DNA from: the human T2T-CHM13v2.0 reference genome, Homo sapiens
DNA: 64,000 nt
Assembly: GCF_009914755.1 (NCBI RefSeq)
Contig: NC_060948.1
Reading direction: 5' to 3' (one strand)
Shown: positions 61,144 to 64,000 of the stretch, piece by piece
Position numbering within the stretch: the stretch's first letter is position 1
Layout of the letters: every line of letters starts with the position of its first letter
Program-made: the position numbers and the translations under genes
Notes under the pieces: generated by a model
Seen by the model: the letters and a program-made list of their open reading frames with translations, nothing else
Database searches by the model: none
What the model was told of the DNA's origin: nothing

Positions 61144-63248
61144 AGATCCATATTTTTTAAATGAAAAAAAATTTCAAAGGTACTCTGCTTGGTACAATAA
61201 TCAAATGTATAAACTGAGGAATAAAACATAACCATGAAACCTACTTATAACTGCATATGGAAAATACAGAAGATAATTTTTTAAATAACATATTTTGAAA
61301 GCCTTAACTAGTAATTTGAAGAGTTGGCATTTGAAAGGCCAGTATGAATATACCTTCAAAGCAGCAACACAGGTTCCCCATGAGAAAAAGCAAACACAGG
61401 GAAAATTAAAACACAAAGGTTCAATCTCTTCTGACCTTTGAAAGACACAGCACAGACAGTGGTCCTTAGGAGGAAGAGCACGAGACCCCTAATTCCGTCA
61501 CCATGGCGATAGGGCATAAACATTGCTGGGTGAGGGCACAATCCACATTGTGAGGTCCAACTGCTGCCAGGAAGACAGGAGTGCTTTTACATAGACCGAA
61601 AGGTCATTGAAGGCTCAGAGTTTTGTTTCAAGAACTGAATCCCAAGCCCACACGTTATTAGGCTGCGCTTCTTAAAACAAGTTATGAGATGGGAAAAAGG
61701 GCACCCACAAACATACGTATACATTATGTATATAATAATATACAGTATCATATATATAATATATATAACCTATGTATAATATTGTTTTACATCCTGCATC
61801 TTATGTTATATATATTGTATAAAATATAATAATTGATAATATATAAGTTTTATAATTATACAATATGACATATAGTATATATTATAATTTATGACATATA
61901 TAATATATGTTATATGTCATATATAGAATATATTATACGGTTAATATACGTATTAAATATAAATTATACATTATATATATTATATATAATATATCTGTTA
62001 TATATAATACCCATTATGCATAATATATATATTATGTCTATGTTATATATAGTATAAAACAACATATAATAATATATAATTGTATATATAAAATGCGACA
62101 TATAATATATATTATATTTTATAACATATGTAATATATATTATATATTATATATAATACGTTGTATGTATAATACCTATATTAAATATATATTATATGAC
62201 TATGTTATTAATTACATGTCACATGTGTTATATATTATATATTTTACATAGAATATACCGGTTACATACAATATATACTATGTTACCTATAATGTATAAT
62301 TTATTACATGTAAAATAAAGAATGCAATATATTATGTATAATTTATAATATACCATATGTGGAATGTGATATATATAACATATAATATATGATATATGAT
62401 ATACAGTATATGATATATAACATACAATATATGATTCCTAATATATATGGTATACAATATATATTTTATGATAAGTATTCTATATGTTTTATATTCTGTT
62501 ATATATAACTATTTGAAATTATATATAACTTTATAATATTTTATGTAAATATGTAATATAATATATATAACTATATAATATATTATATATAACTATATAT
62601 TATGTTATATATACTTTTATAACATAATTTACATAAAATATCATAATATAATATATATTATATTATTTCATATTACATAATATATATTACATATCACCCA
62701 ATATAACTAACATACATAATATTATAAGATAGATTATATTGTGTTATATTAAATATCATATATATCATGTATCATATATTCTATAATATATATTACACAT
62801 TATATAATATGTATGTTGTCTATTATGTGATATATATAACTATATATATAATTATATTTTTATACATATAACTAGATAAACATGTAATTCTACATATTTT
62901 CATTTATAATATGTAGAATTATATAATCATATATAATTATTTATATTCTATAAAAAATTTTATCATTATATAAATTATAATATATAAAAATTATAATATG
63001 TACTACAAATATATATATTATATATCATATATGATATAGTACCTTTGTTATATATCATAATATATATAAATGTGTATTATGTTATCTATAATTATATAAT
63101 TTCATATATAAGATGTATAATATGTATCATATATTATATAAGTTATGTAATATATATAGTATATATAAGATGACACAGGATAAATATTATATACTATGAC
63201 ATATAAAATATATGAGGTTATATGTTACATATAAGGCATAGCACATAA

Positions 63249-63563
<315 letters not shown>

Positions 63564-64000
63564 AGATCCATATTTTGTAAATGAAAAAAAATTTCAAAGG
63601 TACTCTGCTTGGTATAATAATCAAATGTATAAACTGAGGAATAAAACATAACCATGAAACCTACTTATAACTGCATATGGAAAATACAGAGGATAATTTT
63701 TTAAATAACATATTTTGAAAGCCTTAACTAGTAATTTGAAGAGTTGGCATTTGAAAGGCCAGTATGAATATACCTTCAAATCAGCAACACAGGTTCCCCA
63801 TGAGAAAAAGCAAACACAGGGAAAACAAAAACACAAATGTTCAATCTCTTCTGACCTTTGAAAGACACAGCACAGACAGTGGTCCTTAGGACGAAGAGCA
63901 GGAGACCCCTAATTCCGTCACCATGGCGATAGGGCATAAACATTGCTGGGTGAGGGCACAATCCACATTGTGAGGTCCAACTGCTGCCAGGAAGACAGGA

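Overview
The whole window is one uninterrupted head-to-tail tandem array of a ~2,419-bp unit (27 copies of the GC-richer part, about 26.5 units; spacings 2,415-2,422 bp; copies look ~99% identical by eye). Each unit has three parts: a diverged, slightly 5'-truncated Alu on the minus strand (~292 bp, with an internal 16-bp duplication), a ~575-bp mixed-sequence HSATI-type block, and ~1.55 kb of extremely AT-rich degenerate (TA)n. This architecture, and the ~2.14-kb HaeIII fragment it predicts, match human satellite HSat1B/DYZ2, which is mostly on Yq12 heterochromatin, with related copies on acrocentric short arms. There are no credible genes: the repeated ORFs are artefacts of the satellite. 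I found no new gene system. What is worth a second look is structural. Diagnostic SNPs show a 3-unit (7,258-bp) higher-order repeat at the right end, a ~6-kb block duplicated 14,515 bp away, A/B/A/B subfamily blocks, conversion-like patches and mutation clusters. The AT-rich domain also looks like a decayed palindrome, has perfect hairpins, and sits beside an Alu that keeps Pol III A/B-box-like motifs. All variant calls were made by eye.
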